Part shown: positions 21,422 through 30,421 of the stretch, one piece after another
How the letters are laid out: each line of letters begins with the position of its first letter
Position numbering within the stretch: the first letter of the stretch is position 1
Source of the DNA: Clostridia bacterium DTU065
GTDB taxonomy: Bacteria > Bacillota > DTU065
Direction of reading: 5' to 3'
NCBI GenBank assembly: GCA_001512545.1
Contig: LFSI01000061.1
Location: 1-63,383 of the forward strand
Length of the DNA stretch: 63,383 bases
Notes under the pieces: model-generated
Seen by the model: the letters and a program-made list of their open reading frames with translations, nothing else
Database searches by the model: none
Told to the model about the DNA's origin: nothing
Program-made: the position numbers and the translations under genes

Positions 21422-22201
21422 CTATCCTAAAGACCTTAAGAGTCCCACCAGGGCTTCGATTAAAGCACCGCTGGTGCCAAAAAGCCGCTTTACAATCTGA
21501 AGGTAAAAAGGAAGCCCTAATGCCACTACTGCAAGCCCCACGCCGATCTTTACGGGAAAACCTACGATAAAGACGTTAATCTGAGGAACGGCGCGGTTTA
21601 AAAGCCCAAGTCCGATGTCCACAAGTAAAATCGCAGCGATAACCGGCATTGCCAGGCTCACTGCCACAAGAAAGGTTTGGGAAAACCACGAGACAAACAG
21701 TTCCACGCTCTTTCCAGGAACCGACAGCTGACCTAGGGGCACAAGCTGGTAGCTGTGGGCAAGAGCTCTGAGAATCAGGTGGTGCCCGTTTATCGAAAGC
21801 ATAGTCAGCACGACCAAAACATAGTGGAATCTTCCCATAAGGGGCACCTGTCCGCCCATGTTAGGGTCGAGGAAGTTAACCATTCCGAAGCCGATGGGCA
21901 TGTCGATCAGCTGCCCTGCGGTCTGAAAAACGCCGAAAAAAAGGCTGACCAAAAGCCCCAGAACTATGCCAACCAAAAGCTCTTTTGCAAGGAGCACGGC
22001 AAAGCCCACTAGGGCAAGATCCAGCGCAAAGCTTGCATCGCCTAAAAAGGGATACAGCAAAAAGGAAAAGCTGAGGATCAACCCCACCTTAAATACCGCC
22101 GGCAGGTTGGAGCTGGAAAAAATCGGCGTTGCAACGATCACTCCGCTCACTCTAGCCATAGTCAGAAGCATGCTCACACCGAAAACTGCCAGGTCCGTCA
22201 C
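21422..22201 (-). CDS. fliR: Flagellar export protein FliR
   Basis: AGQLIDMPIGFG, RAVPQINVFIVGFP. Confidence 0.96.
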   Translation of the reverse strand: MTDLAVFGVSMLLTMARVSGVIVATPIFSSSNLPAVFKVGLILSFSFLLYPFLGDASFALDLALVGFAVLLAKELLVGIVLGLLVSLFFGVFQTAGQLIDMPIGFGMVNFLDPNMGGQVPLMGRFHYVLVVLTMLSINGHHLILRALAHSYQLVPLGQLSVPGKSVELFVSWFSQTFLVAVSLAMPVIAAILLVDIGLGLLNRAVPQINVFIVGFPVKIGVGLAVVALGLPFYLQIVKRLFGTSGALIEALVGLLRSLG

Positions 22202-22212
22202 CTAATCACACC

Positions 22213-22482
22213 CTAACTAATAAACGAATGGAGGTTGAGGAGAAGCCTTTCTGCAAAGGCTTTTGCCGTTTGCATAATCCACGGACTGAAAAGCACAATG
22301 GCTAGCAGAATGGCTACGATCTTGGGCACAAAAGTCAGGGTCTGCTCCTGGATCTGCGTTGCAGCTTGAATGATGCTGATCACAAGACCCACGATCAGCC
22401 CGATAATCAGCGCAGGAGCAGCTATAAGCAGGGCGGTTAAAACCGCATCTCGCCCGATCTGGAGAATAATGGCTTCATTCAT
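22213..22482 (-). CDS. fliQ: Flagellar export protein FliQ
   Basis: QAATQIQEQTLTFVPK. Confidence 0.97.
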   Translation of the reverse strand: MNEAIILQIGRDAVLTALLIAAPALIIGLIVGLVISIIQAATQIQEQTLTFVPKIVAILLAIVLFSPWIMQTAKAFAERLLLNLHSFIS

Positions 22483-22492
22483 CGTTTCTCTC

Positions 22493-23251
22493 CTACCTAA
22501 AGCTCAAAACAAGTGAGCGGGTAATAATGTTCCAGCCATCGACCATGACAAACAGAAGAATCTTAAACGGCAGAGATATCATAACAGGAGGTAGCATCAT
22601 CATTCCCATGGACATGAGAATGCTAGCTACAACCATGTCGATAACTAAGAAGGGTATAAAGAGAACAAAGCCCATTTGAAAAGCGGTTTTCAGCTCGCTG
22701 ATCAAGTACGCGGGCATAAGCACGTAGTCCGGCACGTCTTCTACAGTGGGAACACTCGCCACACCGTGCATCTGCATAAACAGGTCCAGATCGCTTTTGC
22801 GCGTCTGGTTGCGCATATACTCTCTGATGGGCTTAAGGGCATTTTGCGTGGCCTCTTGAAAGCCTATCTCCTCATTGATGTAGGGCTGAATGGCGGTGTT
22901 GTTGACCTCCACGAACACCGGTGCCATCACGAAAATCGTAAGAAAAAGCGCAAGGCCGATAATCACCTGATTGGGAGGTATCTGTTGGAGTCCCATGGCA
23001 TTGCGCAGAAGCGACAGGACAATCACGATCCGGGTGAACGCCGTAGCCAGTATCAGTATTGAAGGTACGAGAGACAGAATCGTGAGGAGCAGAACGAGCG
23101 TCAGCGTAGACGCCACCTCTTGGGGACCTTCCGCTTCGCCTATGGAGATGTTTAAAGATGGTAGCAACGTTTCTTCGGCAAATGCGACGCTAGGCAGCGC
23201 CAAAAAAATCAAAACCAAAAGCAGTACCAAGCTCTTTTTTGTCAGTGTCAT
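22493..23251 (-). CDS. fliP: Flagellar export protein FliP
   Basis: FTRIVIVLSLLR, PPNQV, SELKTAFQMG, PPVMISLPFK. Confidence 0.98.
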   Translation of the reverse strand: MTLTKKSLVLLLVLIFLALPSVAFAEETLLPSLNISIGEAEGPQEVASTLTLVLLLTILSLVPSILILATAFTRIVIVLSLLRNAMGLQQIPPNQVIIGLALFLTIFVMAPVFVEVNNTAIQPYINEEIGFQEATQNALKPIREYMRNQTRKSDLDLFMQMHGVASVPTVEDVPDYVLMPAYLISELKTAFQMGFVLFIPFLVIDMVVASILMSMGMMMLPPVMISLPFKILLFVMVDGWNIITRSLVLSFR

Positions 23252-23553
23252 CTTTCTCCGTCACCAGCCATTTCCTCTGACTCGACGTCAAATCCGTCTG
23301 AGGCTTCAGTGTCTCCAGGATCGAACTGCGTAAGCACATGCATTCCGGCAGGCGATACTCCTACAGCGAGTATCCGGTCTTTAACCCGGACAAGGTAGAT
23401 AATCAGCCTGTTTCCGAGAGGCAGAGCCTCAACGATCTCAAGATCGCGGCCTTTTTTTGCGATCTTTTTCCCTGCCAAAAAGTAAAGCAGGTAGATCATA
23501 CCAAGCACGCCGAGTGTTGCCCCAAGCCACTTCAAAAGATACGTCAGGTCCAC
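23248..23553 (-). CDS. fliO: Flagellar biosynthesis protein FliO/FliZ
   Basis: TM segment then 'LEIVEALPLG..IYLVRV..ILAVGVS'; located before fliP. Confidence 0.85.
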   Translation of the reverse strand: MDLTYLLKWLGATLGVLGMIYLLYFLAGKKIAKKGRDLEIVEALPLGNRLIIYLVRVKDRILAVGVSPAGMHVLTQFDPGDTEASDGFDVESEEMAGDGER

Positions 23554-23565
23554 CAGTATCCCCTC

Positions 23566-24630
23566 TTACTTAATTCTGTTTATCCGCTGCTTCCTGCTGG
23601 CAATCTCCGTGATCTTCACGCCGAAAGTCTCGTCAATAACGACAACCTCGCCCTTGGCGATGAGCACTCCGTTTGCCAGAACATCTACCGGCTCACCGGC
23701 TAGGCGATCGAGCTCCACTACGGATCCAGGCTTCAGATTGAGGATCTCTTCCAGGCTCTTCTTGGTTCTTCCCAGTTCAACGGTGACCATGACCGGCAAG
23801 TCCAAAATGATCTCCAAGTTGTCTTCCCCTTTGACAGGTTGCTTACTTCCGCCTTTGAGATTGCCGAACTGTACTGGCTTTACCACAACCTCTTCAGCTG
23901 GCTCTTCTTCGCTTGATAACTCATTCATAAGGTGAGCAAAGATGTCTTCATCCTGCCCGTTGTTGCTGTCTTCGATCAGATCGTCGATGCTAGAAACCGT
24001 TTCTTGTTGGTCTTCATCGGGAAGGATCAGCGGGACATCGTCGTTTTTCATGACAAAACCAAGCATACCTACCTCATCCTCATTCCATTCAAGATTGTAT
24101 TTTAGTACGACGTACTCTGCTTTGGAATCCAAGAACTCCTGCAGGCTGCTGAGACCTTTAGGTAGAGCTACAGAAAGGGAGATGTGCCGTTCTGCAAGGT
24201 CCGATGTCTGCGCGGAAAACTCGTCTGCCAACACTTCGATGACCTTGCCGAAGACCTCCATATTGCTAGCTGTAAAGTACTCTTCAGTACGCTCGGGCTC
24301 TTCGGATATCTTTTTGAGAATGCTGGAAGCTGCCTGTTCATCTACAAAGATCAGCACTTCAACCTGCTCTTCTGTACTACCTAGGCTGATCACATACCTC
24401 TTGTCGTCAACTTCAGCGCCTTTTTTGACGTAGCACTCGGCTGCAAAGGTGACGGCACGATTGGCTGTAAGCAGGCCAAGGGCTTCCCCGAGTTTGGGCT
24501 CTAGTGCAGTAAAGAGCTTCTTCACTACTTCTGCAGGAGGTCGCACTTCCTGTTTTGCCGGGCTCTTGCCTTTTTTCGCTCCTGCCTTTACCAGAGCATC
24601 TATTTCGCTTTGAGATAAAAGGTGATCACT
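23566..24630 (-). CDS. fliY: Flagellar switch protein FliY/FliN with degenerate CheC-like domain
   Basis: N-terminal LSQSEIDAL and C-terminal FliN/SpoA domain (VTVELGRT, GEPVDVLANG, GEVVVIDE). Start 24630 or 24648. Confidence 0.85.
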   Translation of the reverse strand, partial: SDHLLSQSEIDALVKAGAKKGKSPAKQEVRPPAEVVKKLFTALEPKLGEALGLLTANRAVTFAAECYVKKGAEVDDKRYVISLGSTEEQVEVLIFVDEQAASSILKKISEEPERTEEYFTASNMEVFGKVIEVLADEFSAQTSDLAERHISLSVALPKGLSSLQEFLDSKAEYVVLKYNLEWNEDEVGMLGFVMKNDDVPLILPDEDQQETVSSIDDLIEDSNNGQDEDIFAHLMNELSSEEEPAEEVVVKPVQFGNLKGGSKQPVKGEDNLEIILDLPVMVTVELGRTKKSLEEILNLKPGSVVELDRLAGEPVDVLANGVLIAKGEVVVIDETFGVKITEIASRKQRINRIK

Positions 24631-25597
24631 CATCTTGCTTACCTCCATCTGAAACTACATCCAGTATCTCCACACCGAGCTTCTTGCCCACAAGGCCCGG
24701 CCGGCCCAAAAACTTGGTTTTTCCGTTCAGCTTGACCTCCAGAGGATCGCCGATCTGCGACTCCAAAGTCAATACGTCGCCCACTTCCATCTCCAAGAGC
24801 TGACCCACTGTGATCTGCGCTTTGCCGAGCTCGAGTACGAGTTCGAACTCGGTAGGCCTTAATAGGTCTTTGAGCTTGCGCATTGCCGACTCGTCGCTTC
24901 CGGTCTTGTCGGTGGCAAACCAGAACTGCGCGCTCAGCCTGGACATGACCTGCTCGAGCATGGTGTAGGGCAAGCAGACGTTCATCTTACCTACCCTGTT
25001 GAGAAGGCTCATCTCCATTGTAACGGCAATCACCATCTCCGTAGGCGGAGCTGCGTGACTGTACATGGGGTTGGACTCAAGGTTAACCAGCTCAGGTCTT
25101 AGACTCACCACGTTGATCCAAGCGTTGTGAACATCGGGGGTGAGTTTGTCGATCATGTTTCTGATCACCGTGACTTCGATCTCGGTGAGCTGGCGGATGT
25201 GATCTTTAGAATCCCCGTATCCACCTAAAAGCCTTTCAACTATGCAGATGCTGATATCAGGGTTGATCTCCCAGATCATGTATCCCGGAAGGGGATCCAG
25301 AGAGATGGTGGCCATGAGTGTGGGATTGGGGAGGTTGCTGACAAACTCCTCATAACTTGTCTGTTCAAGAGAGATAAGTTCGATGTGGACCGGGGCCCTG
25401 AGGTGAGCTGACAACGATGACGACCACAGTCTTGCCAGGTTCTCGTGGAGCATCTGCAGCGTTCTCATATGGTCTTTGGAGAACTTATCAGGATGCTTGA
25501 AATCATAGCGTTTGATCTTCTTCGTCTGACCAGTGACGGTCTCTTTCACGCTGGAAAGTAACGCGTCAAGTTCCTGCTGCGACAGTATCTCGTTCAT
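24626..25597 (-). CDS. fliM: Flagellar motor switch protein FliM
   Basis: ILSQQELDALL, YDFKHPDKFSK, LLGG, LTEIE. Confidence 0.97.
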   Translation of the reverse strand: MNEILSQQELDALLSSVKETVTGQTKKIKRYDFKHPDKFSKDHMRTLQMLHENLARLWSSSLSAHLRAPVHIELISLEQTSYEEFVSNLPNPTLMATISLDPLPGYMIWEINPDISICIVERLLGGYGDSKDHIRQLTEIEVTVIRNMIDKLTPDVHNAWINVVSLRPELVNLESNPMYSHAAPPTEMVIAVTMEMSLLNRVGKMNVCLPYTMLEQVMSRLSAQFWFATDKTGSDESAMRKLKDLLRPTEFELVLELGKAQITVGQLLEMEVGDVLTLESQIGDPLEVKLNGKTKFLGRPGLVGKKLGVEILDVVSDGGKQDE

Positions 25598-25616
25598 TTA
25601 GCTCACCACCTTATCT

Positions 25617-26090
25617 CTAATTGCCAATCAAGAATTCAGTAAAGTAAACGCTGGTAACAGGTTCTCTCGGCAGTATCTCGTTGAATGCCTTTCGGATCTC
25701 CTGTCTGAGTCTAATCTGACCTTCTCCGCCTGTTAGATCTGTTGCTGTCTTGCTGCGTAAAAGCTCGATTACCTTATCCTGCAAAACGGGCTTGTACACG
25801 TCAAAGTCGTCGGGGATTTTTTCGGTGCCGAGCTCCACGACCAGCTTCACGCGGATAAGCGGAGCTTTTTGACCGAGTACACCGTTTTGTAAGTTGACGG
25901 TAATGGCGTCAAACTCCACGCGGGGACCGAACTCAGGTTTGTCCTCCACCGCTTCGACGACTTTAGGCTGGGCAAGTAGGCGACTAGTAAGCAGAGCGCT
26001 ACCTGATGTAGCCAGAATTACCAAAGCTATTAAAAACACCACGAATTTGGCATCTACGACAATCTTGCCTTTTTCAGCCATCCAATTCAT
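25617..26090 (-). CDS. fliL: Flagellar basal body protein FliL
   Basis: N-terminal TM, ITVNL, VYFTEFLI. Confidence 0.92.
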   Translation of the reverse strand: MNWMAEKGKIVVDAKFVVFLIALVILATSGSALLTSRLLAQPKVVEAVEDKPEFGPRVEFDAITVNLQNGVLGQKAPLIRVKLVVELGTEKIPDDFDVYKPVLQDKVIELLRSKTATDLTGGEGQIRLRQEIRKAFNEILPREPVTSVYFTEFLIGN

Positions 26091-26101
26091 CCTCTCTTGC
26101 C

Positions 26102-26881
26102 TTACTTAACTGGGTAAGTCCTACTTAACTCTTCAAGCCATTCGGCACCGGGTTCGCTTCCTGCTAGCGACGGATGCAAAACTATAATATCAACCCTGCG
26201 GTTCCTGTTCCTACCTTCGGGAGTAGCGTTGGATTCGATGGGACGGTACTCGCCATAACCCAACGCCGAAAGCCTTTCGGAGTCCAGCGAACCCTCTTCG
26301 ATCAAGAAGCGCACAACTTTAACTGCTCTAGCTACCGAGAGTTCCCAGTTGGAAGGGAATCTCGCGTTATTGATGGGGACGTTGTCTGTATGGCCCTCGA
26401 TGCGAATGGGCAGGGGAACTTTTTCCAGGATGACGCTGAGTTTTTTGAGCATCTCCTTTGGTGCTTCTTTCAGTGCATCCGAACCTATATCAAAGAGAAC
26501 CACATCCTTAAAACGCATCACCAAACCGCGATCTTCTAGGGAGAGTTCTACCTGATCCACAAATCCTTCTTCTTCTAAAAGATCTTGGATTACAGCAGCA
26601 AGAGCCTCTAAGCTTTGAAGCTGAATCTGGCTTGAGTCTGCAAACGGTGAAAGCTCCTCGGAGTTGTAGCCTTCAGGTATAAGGTTGGTTCCTCCATCCA
26701 AAAACCCTGCCATGTTCTTGAAAGCCACCATAATTTCTCTAAACCGTTGGTTATCAAGGGATGAAAAGCTGTAAAGCAGGATGAAAAAGCAGAGAAGCAA
26801 GCTCATCATGTCACCCCAAGTAGTCATATACCCGGGTGCTCCGCCACCTTCTTCTGCCTGAGGTTTTTTTCTACGACGCAC
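26102..26881 (-). CDS. motB: Flagellar stator MotB
   Basis: TWGDMMSLLLCFF with essential Asp; OmpA domain EGHTDN, SNWELS, RNRRVDI. Confidence 0.95.
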   Translation of the reverse strand: MRRRKKPQAEEGGGAPGYMTTWGDMMSLLLCFFILLYSFSSLDNQRFREIMVAFKNMAGFLDGGTNLIPEGYNSEELSPFADSSQIQLQSLEALAAVIQDLLEEEGFVDQVELSLEDRGLVMRFKDVVLFDIGSDALKEAPKEMLKKLSVILEKVPLPIRIEGHTDNVPINNARFPSNWELSVARAVKVVRFLIEEGSLDSERLSALGYGEYRPIESNATPEGRNRNRRVDIIVLHPSLAGSEPGAEWLEELSRTYPVK

Positions 26882-27686
26882 TGCGCATCACCTGTTCCCT
26901 ATCTCTTCTGAACTCCTGGAGTCCGTTGCGGCTTTGCGGTGAGAGGAACGATTTCAGCTTCTCTTCCACTATGCGTGGGTTCTCACCAGCTTGCAGAGAC
27001 AGAATGCCTTCTACCATGAGTTCCTTCAACAATACCTCATTTCTCGATCTGATTGCAAGCTTTCCTGCGAGCGGAGTAGCAACCACGTTGGCAAGAAGTG
27101 AGCCGTAGAAGGTGGTAATCAGCGCAACACCCATGGCTGCAGCGATAGCATCTGGGTTGTCGATGGTGGTAAGCATCTGAATTAAACCGATCAACGTACC
27201 GAGCATACCAAAAGCCGGAGCCATGTTGGCCACGAACTTAAAGATGTTCTGGCCCATCTGGTGCCTTTCCTCAAGGTAGGAAATCTCGATCTCCAAGATG
27301 CTTCTGACCAGATCCGGATCGGTGCCGTCGACTACCAGTTGAATGCCCTTCTTCAGAAACTCATCGTTTTCGTTTTGCAGATCGTCTTCCAGAGCCAGAA
27401 GCCCTTCTCTACGAGCTTTGTCTGCCAAGTGCACCAACGAGGAAATGACTTCCTGTGGGTTATACGAATCCTCTTTCAGGGCGATGGCAACGATCTTGGG
27501 TAGCTTTGCCAGGTCCTTTAGGGGAAAGTTCATGACTGTAGAAAACACCGTTCCCCCGAAGGTGATCAGCATCGACGGAATATGGATGAATATTCCGGCG
27601 CTGCGAGGTTCCAGCAAAATCGCCCAAATTACGACCACCCAGCCCAATACAAAACCAAGTAGTGTACCTAGGTCCAAAAACTCCAC
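26871..27686 (-). CDS. motA: Flagellar stator MotA
   Basis: ARREGLLALE, APAFGMLGTLIGLI, ALITTFYG, GENPR. Confidence 0.96.
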   Translation of the reverse strand: MEFLDLGTLLGFVLGWVVVIWAILLEPRSAGIFIHIPSMLITFGGTVFSTVMNFPLKDLAKLPKIVAIALKEDSYNPQEVISSLVHLADKARREGLLALEDDLQNENDEFLKKGIQLVVDGTDPDLVRSILEIEISYLEERHQMGQNIFKFVANMAPAFGMLGTLIGLIQMLTTIDNPDAIAAAMGVALITTFYGSLLANVVATPLAGKLAIRSRNEVLLKELMVEGILSLQAGENPRIVEEKLKSFLSPQSRNGLQEFRRDREQVMRSAS

Positions 27687-27689
27687 CCC

Positions 27690-27881
27690 CTATGCATTGA
27701 GAACCCTAATGTTGCGTTTCAATGCCTGAATCGTTTCGATGATCTCTTCTGTGTTTTCTTTAACGATGACTTTTTTGCCACCTGCGTAAGTTATGACGGT
27801 GTCGGGCGTAGCTTCAACGGTTTCTATCCAAAAAGAGTTCAGGTAAAAGGTCTTGCCATCGAGTTTGGTCAGCTTAAGCAT
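27690..27881 (-). CDS. flbD: FlbD/SwrD family flagellar protein
   Basis: MLKLTKLDG..FYLN..IETVEATPDTVIT. Confidence 0.92.
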   Translation of the reverse strand: MLKLTKLDGKTFYLNSFWIETVEATPDTVITYAGGKKVIVKENTEEIIETIQALKRNIRVLNA

Positions 27882-27912
27882 ACATTCCCCTCCAGACCTG
27901 GATTAGATCAAC

Positions 27913-27939
27913 CTAGTGGCCTGGAAGCCAGGCCACTAG
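27913..27939. other. Perfect stem-loop immediately after flgE, without a U-tract
   Basis: CTAGTGGCCTGG-AAG-CCAGGCCACTAG, a 12-bp perfect inverted repeat. Confidence 0.7.
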
Positions 27940-27942
27940 ATA

Positions 27943-29556
27943 CTATCTACGCAGATTGACTATCTCTTGGAGCATTTCATCGCTTGCGGTAATAATGCGG
28001 GAGTTGGCTTGGAACCCGCGCTGAGTAATGATCATCTCCGTGAACTCTTCTGACAGATCCACGTTGGACATCTCCAGTGTGGATGGCTTGACCGAGCCTC
28101 TTCCGCCAGTGCCAGGCGCACCAATTTGGGCTGCGCCGGAGTTAGAAGACTCTTCGAACAGAGTACCAGGTGCCCTGAGGAGACCGGCTGGGTTGGCAAA
28201 GTTTGCCACTGCGATCTGTCCAATGGCTCTGTTTAGACCGTTGGAGTAGATACCTGTGATAACACCTCTTGTGTCCACCAAGAAGTCGTCCAGTGTACCG
28301 GCTTTGTAACCGTTGTGATCACGCTTTAGGTCTGTCTGCTGGGCAAACTGGGTCAATTTATCGAAGGCAGCTTGAATGACAAGCACATCGGCATCTCCCG
28401 GCACTCTAAAGCGCAGGGAAGACGCGACATTACCGCTTGCGTCGAAATAGGTTACGTTCTGCACTGTACCTCCAGAAGTGAAGGTGATTTCACCGTATGC
28501 GGCACCTAGAGTCTCCAGGTTCGGTGAGTCTACCTCCCAACGCCACTGGTTGTTGGCGAGCTTGGTAAACTTCATCGTGATTTCGTGCTCATTGCCCTGG
28601 GAATCGATAATCTGCAGTGCAGTAACAGCTGGATCTGCGGGAGTGAAGAGGAAATCCGAAAGGGCGAGTTTTTCTCCTCCCACAGCAAACAGAGAGCTGG
28701 GATCTGACGGATCGATAACTAGATCGCCGATCACCGATGCCGGATCGTCGCTTGCGCTGATGGTGAAAGTCTCAGTTGAATCCATCTGTATCGATTTTAT
28801 AGAACCATCGCTGTTCAGTTCGATCACACCGGTGATGTTGGCCTGCGGTCCGCTAACAGTGGTAATCCTGCCGGACACCGGAGAAATCACAAAGCGGAAC
28901 TCGTTGAAGTCTCCTGTCGGCTCCAAGGCCATGTGCAATCTAGCTGAATGGGCACCGCTGGAAACCACCCACGGATTGGCTTTGAGTTCCAACTTGCCCG
29001 TAGTGTTGGCGTTGAGATTGCCGGAGTAGTTAATGTTGGAGGTGGCAACCGGCTCGATGGTATCTCCTTTAACGATCTGGATTCTCTCCAGAGGTTTATT
29101 GAGATAAATCTTGCCGTTGACAGCCATCCAGCCCATGACGGTCATTCCCGTGTTTGAAGAAACCAGGTTGTTGTCGTCGTCCAAGCTGAACGCACCCGCT
29201 CTGGTGTAGTAGTTTTTGTTACCGTCGGACACCACGAAAAACCCGTCGCCTTCAATGGCCAGGTCCGAGGCATTGCTCGTTCCTTGAAGGTTTCCTGGTT
29301 TATGGACGGTTTCAATGGATCCAAGACCGACACCAAGGCCTACCTGCATTGGGTTAATGCCGCCTTTGTCGTCCTGAGGTGCAGTTGCACCTCTGATGGT
29401 CTGGGTGAGGATTTCCTGGAAAGTTACCCGTGAACCTTTAAAACCGACTGTATTGACATTGGCAATGTTATTGCCAATAACGTCCATTTTGGTCTGATGT
29501 GTTCTCAGGCCGGTAACGCCTGAGTAAAGCGAACGCATCATAGTCATACCCTCCAT
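27943..29556 (-). CDS. flgE: Flagellar hook protein FlgE
   Basis: MDVIGNNIANVNTVGFK, YTRAGAF, LEMSNVDLSEEFTEMIITQRGFQANSR. Start may be 29547-29538. Confidence 0.96.
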   Translation of the reverse strand: MEGMTMMRSLYSGVTGLRTHQTKMDVIGNNIANVNTVGFKGSRVTFQEILTQTIRGATAPQDDKGGINPMQVGLGVGLGSIETVHKPGNLQGTSNASDLAIEGDGFFVVSDGNKNYYTRAGAFSLDDDNNLVSSNTGMTVMGWMAVNGKIYLNKPLERIQIVKGDTIEPVATSNINYSGNLNANTTGKLELKANPWVVSSGAHSARLHMALEPTGDFNEFRFVISPVSGRITTVSGPQANITGVIELNSDGSIKSIQMDSTETFTISASDDPASVIGDLVIDPSDPSSLFAVGGEKLALSDFLFTPADPAVTALQIIDSQGNEHEITMKFTKLANNQWRWEVDSPNLETLGAAYGEITFTSGGTVQNVTYFDASGNVASSLRFRVPGDADVLVIQAAFDKLTQFAQQTDLKRDHNGYKAGTLDDFLVDTRGVITGIYSNGLNRAIGQIAVANFANPAGLLRAPGTLFEESSNSGAAQIGAPGTGGRGSVKPSTLEMSNVDLSEEFTEMIITQRGFQANSRIITASDEMLQEIVNLRR

Positions 29557-29612
29557 TCATGCCGCTTCCGTCGATCCGCGGCATAAAGCGTCCTTTGCAG
29601 GGCCCGCTTTTT

Positions 29613-29999
29613 TTAATTTATTACCGTACTGTCAATCTGCGTAAAAACTTTCCTAGCTGTCTCTCTTCCCGATAGGGCAGTGACAACCGTGTTGTTCTTC
29701 ACGCTTACTACAAACGCCAAGTCGTCGACGAGCACCAGAGTATTCTGGCTGCCCTTCTCTTTTGCCAGCATTACCCCTTCATTCAGCCTCTTGATCTGCG
29801 TATCGCTGGGAGTTAGCTCCCTGCTCTGAATTCTCTGTAGAGCGTGTTTGGAAAATCTAACTTCTTCACCTAGTGCTTTCTCGAGGTGGCTCGCAAAGTC
29901 ACCTTGAGGAGGTCGTTTAGTGCTTTGGGTACTAGTTGGCTGAACATTGGACAGGTGAGGCGTGATCTTGGGTTTAATTATCGGAGTCATGCATCTCAC
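29613..29999 (-). CDS. Flagellar operon protein (TIGR02530-type)
   Basis: VRFSKHALQRI, AFVVSVKNNTVVTA, VFTQIDSTVI; between flgD and flgE. Confidence 0.88.
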   Translation of the reverse strand: MRCMTPIIKPKITPHLSNVQPTSTQSTKRPPQGDFASHLEKALGEEVRFSKHALQRIQSRELTPSDTQIKRLNEGVMLAKEKGSQNTLVLVDDLAFVVSVKNNTVVTALSGRETARKVFTQIDSTVIN

Positions 30000-30407
30000 C
30001 TACTTGCTTATTTCAATCAGATCGGTTATTAGATAATCTTTGCCGTTTACCATAATCACCGGTCCTGCTGTACTGAACCGAACGGCTTCAACTGTGCCTT
30101 CGTCAACGGTACCGTCGCCCTTGTCCACCTTCACCTGAAGACCGATAAGGTTGGTTGCTTGAGCAAACATCGTCATCGCCTGCTGCGTGCCTACGTACTC
30201 CTGAACCAATTTATTCAGGTTCTGCATCTGCTCCAAGGAGCTGAACTGCGCCATCTGTGCGATGAACTCTTTGTCGTCTACAGGATTGGTTGGATCCTGG
30301 TACCTTAGCTGAGTGATAAGCAGTTTAAGAAAGTCGTCTTTGCCAAGGATGTTCCTGTCAGTCTCGCTTTTCTGCAGAGAAATACTGCTCTGGCTTTCAA
30401 TTCGCAC
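30000..30407 (-). CDS. flgD: Hook capping protein FlgD
   Basis: [40 protein letters not shown]. Confidence 0.97.
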   Translation of the reverse strand: MRIESQSSISLQKSETDRNILGKDDFLKLLITQLRYQDPTNPVDDKEFIAQMAQFSSLEQMQNLNKLVQEYVGTQQAMTMFAQATNLIGLQVKVDKGDGTVDEGTVEAVRFSTAGPVIMVNGKDYLITDLIEISK

Positions 30408-30421
30408 TTAAATCACCTGCC

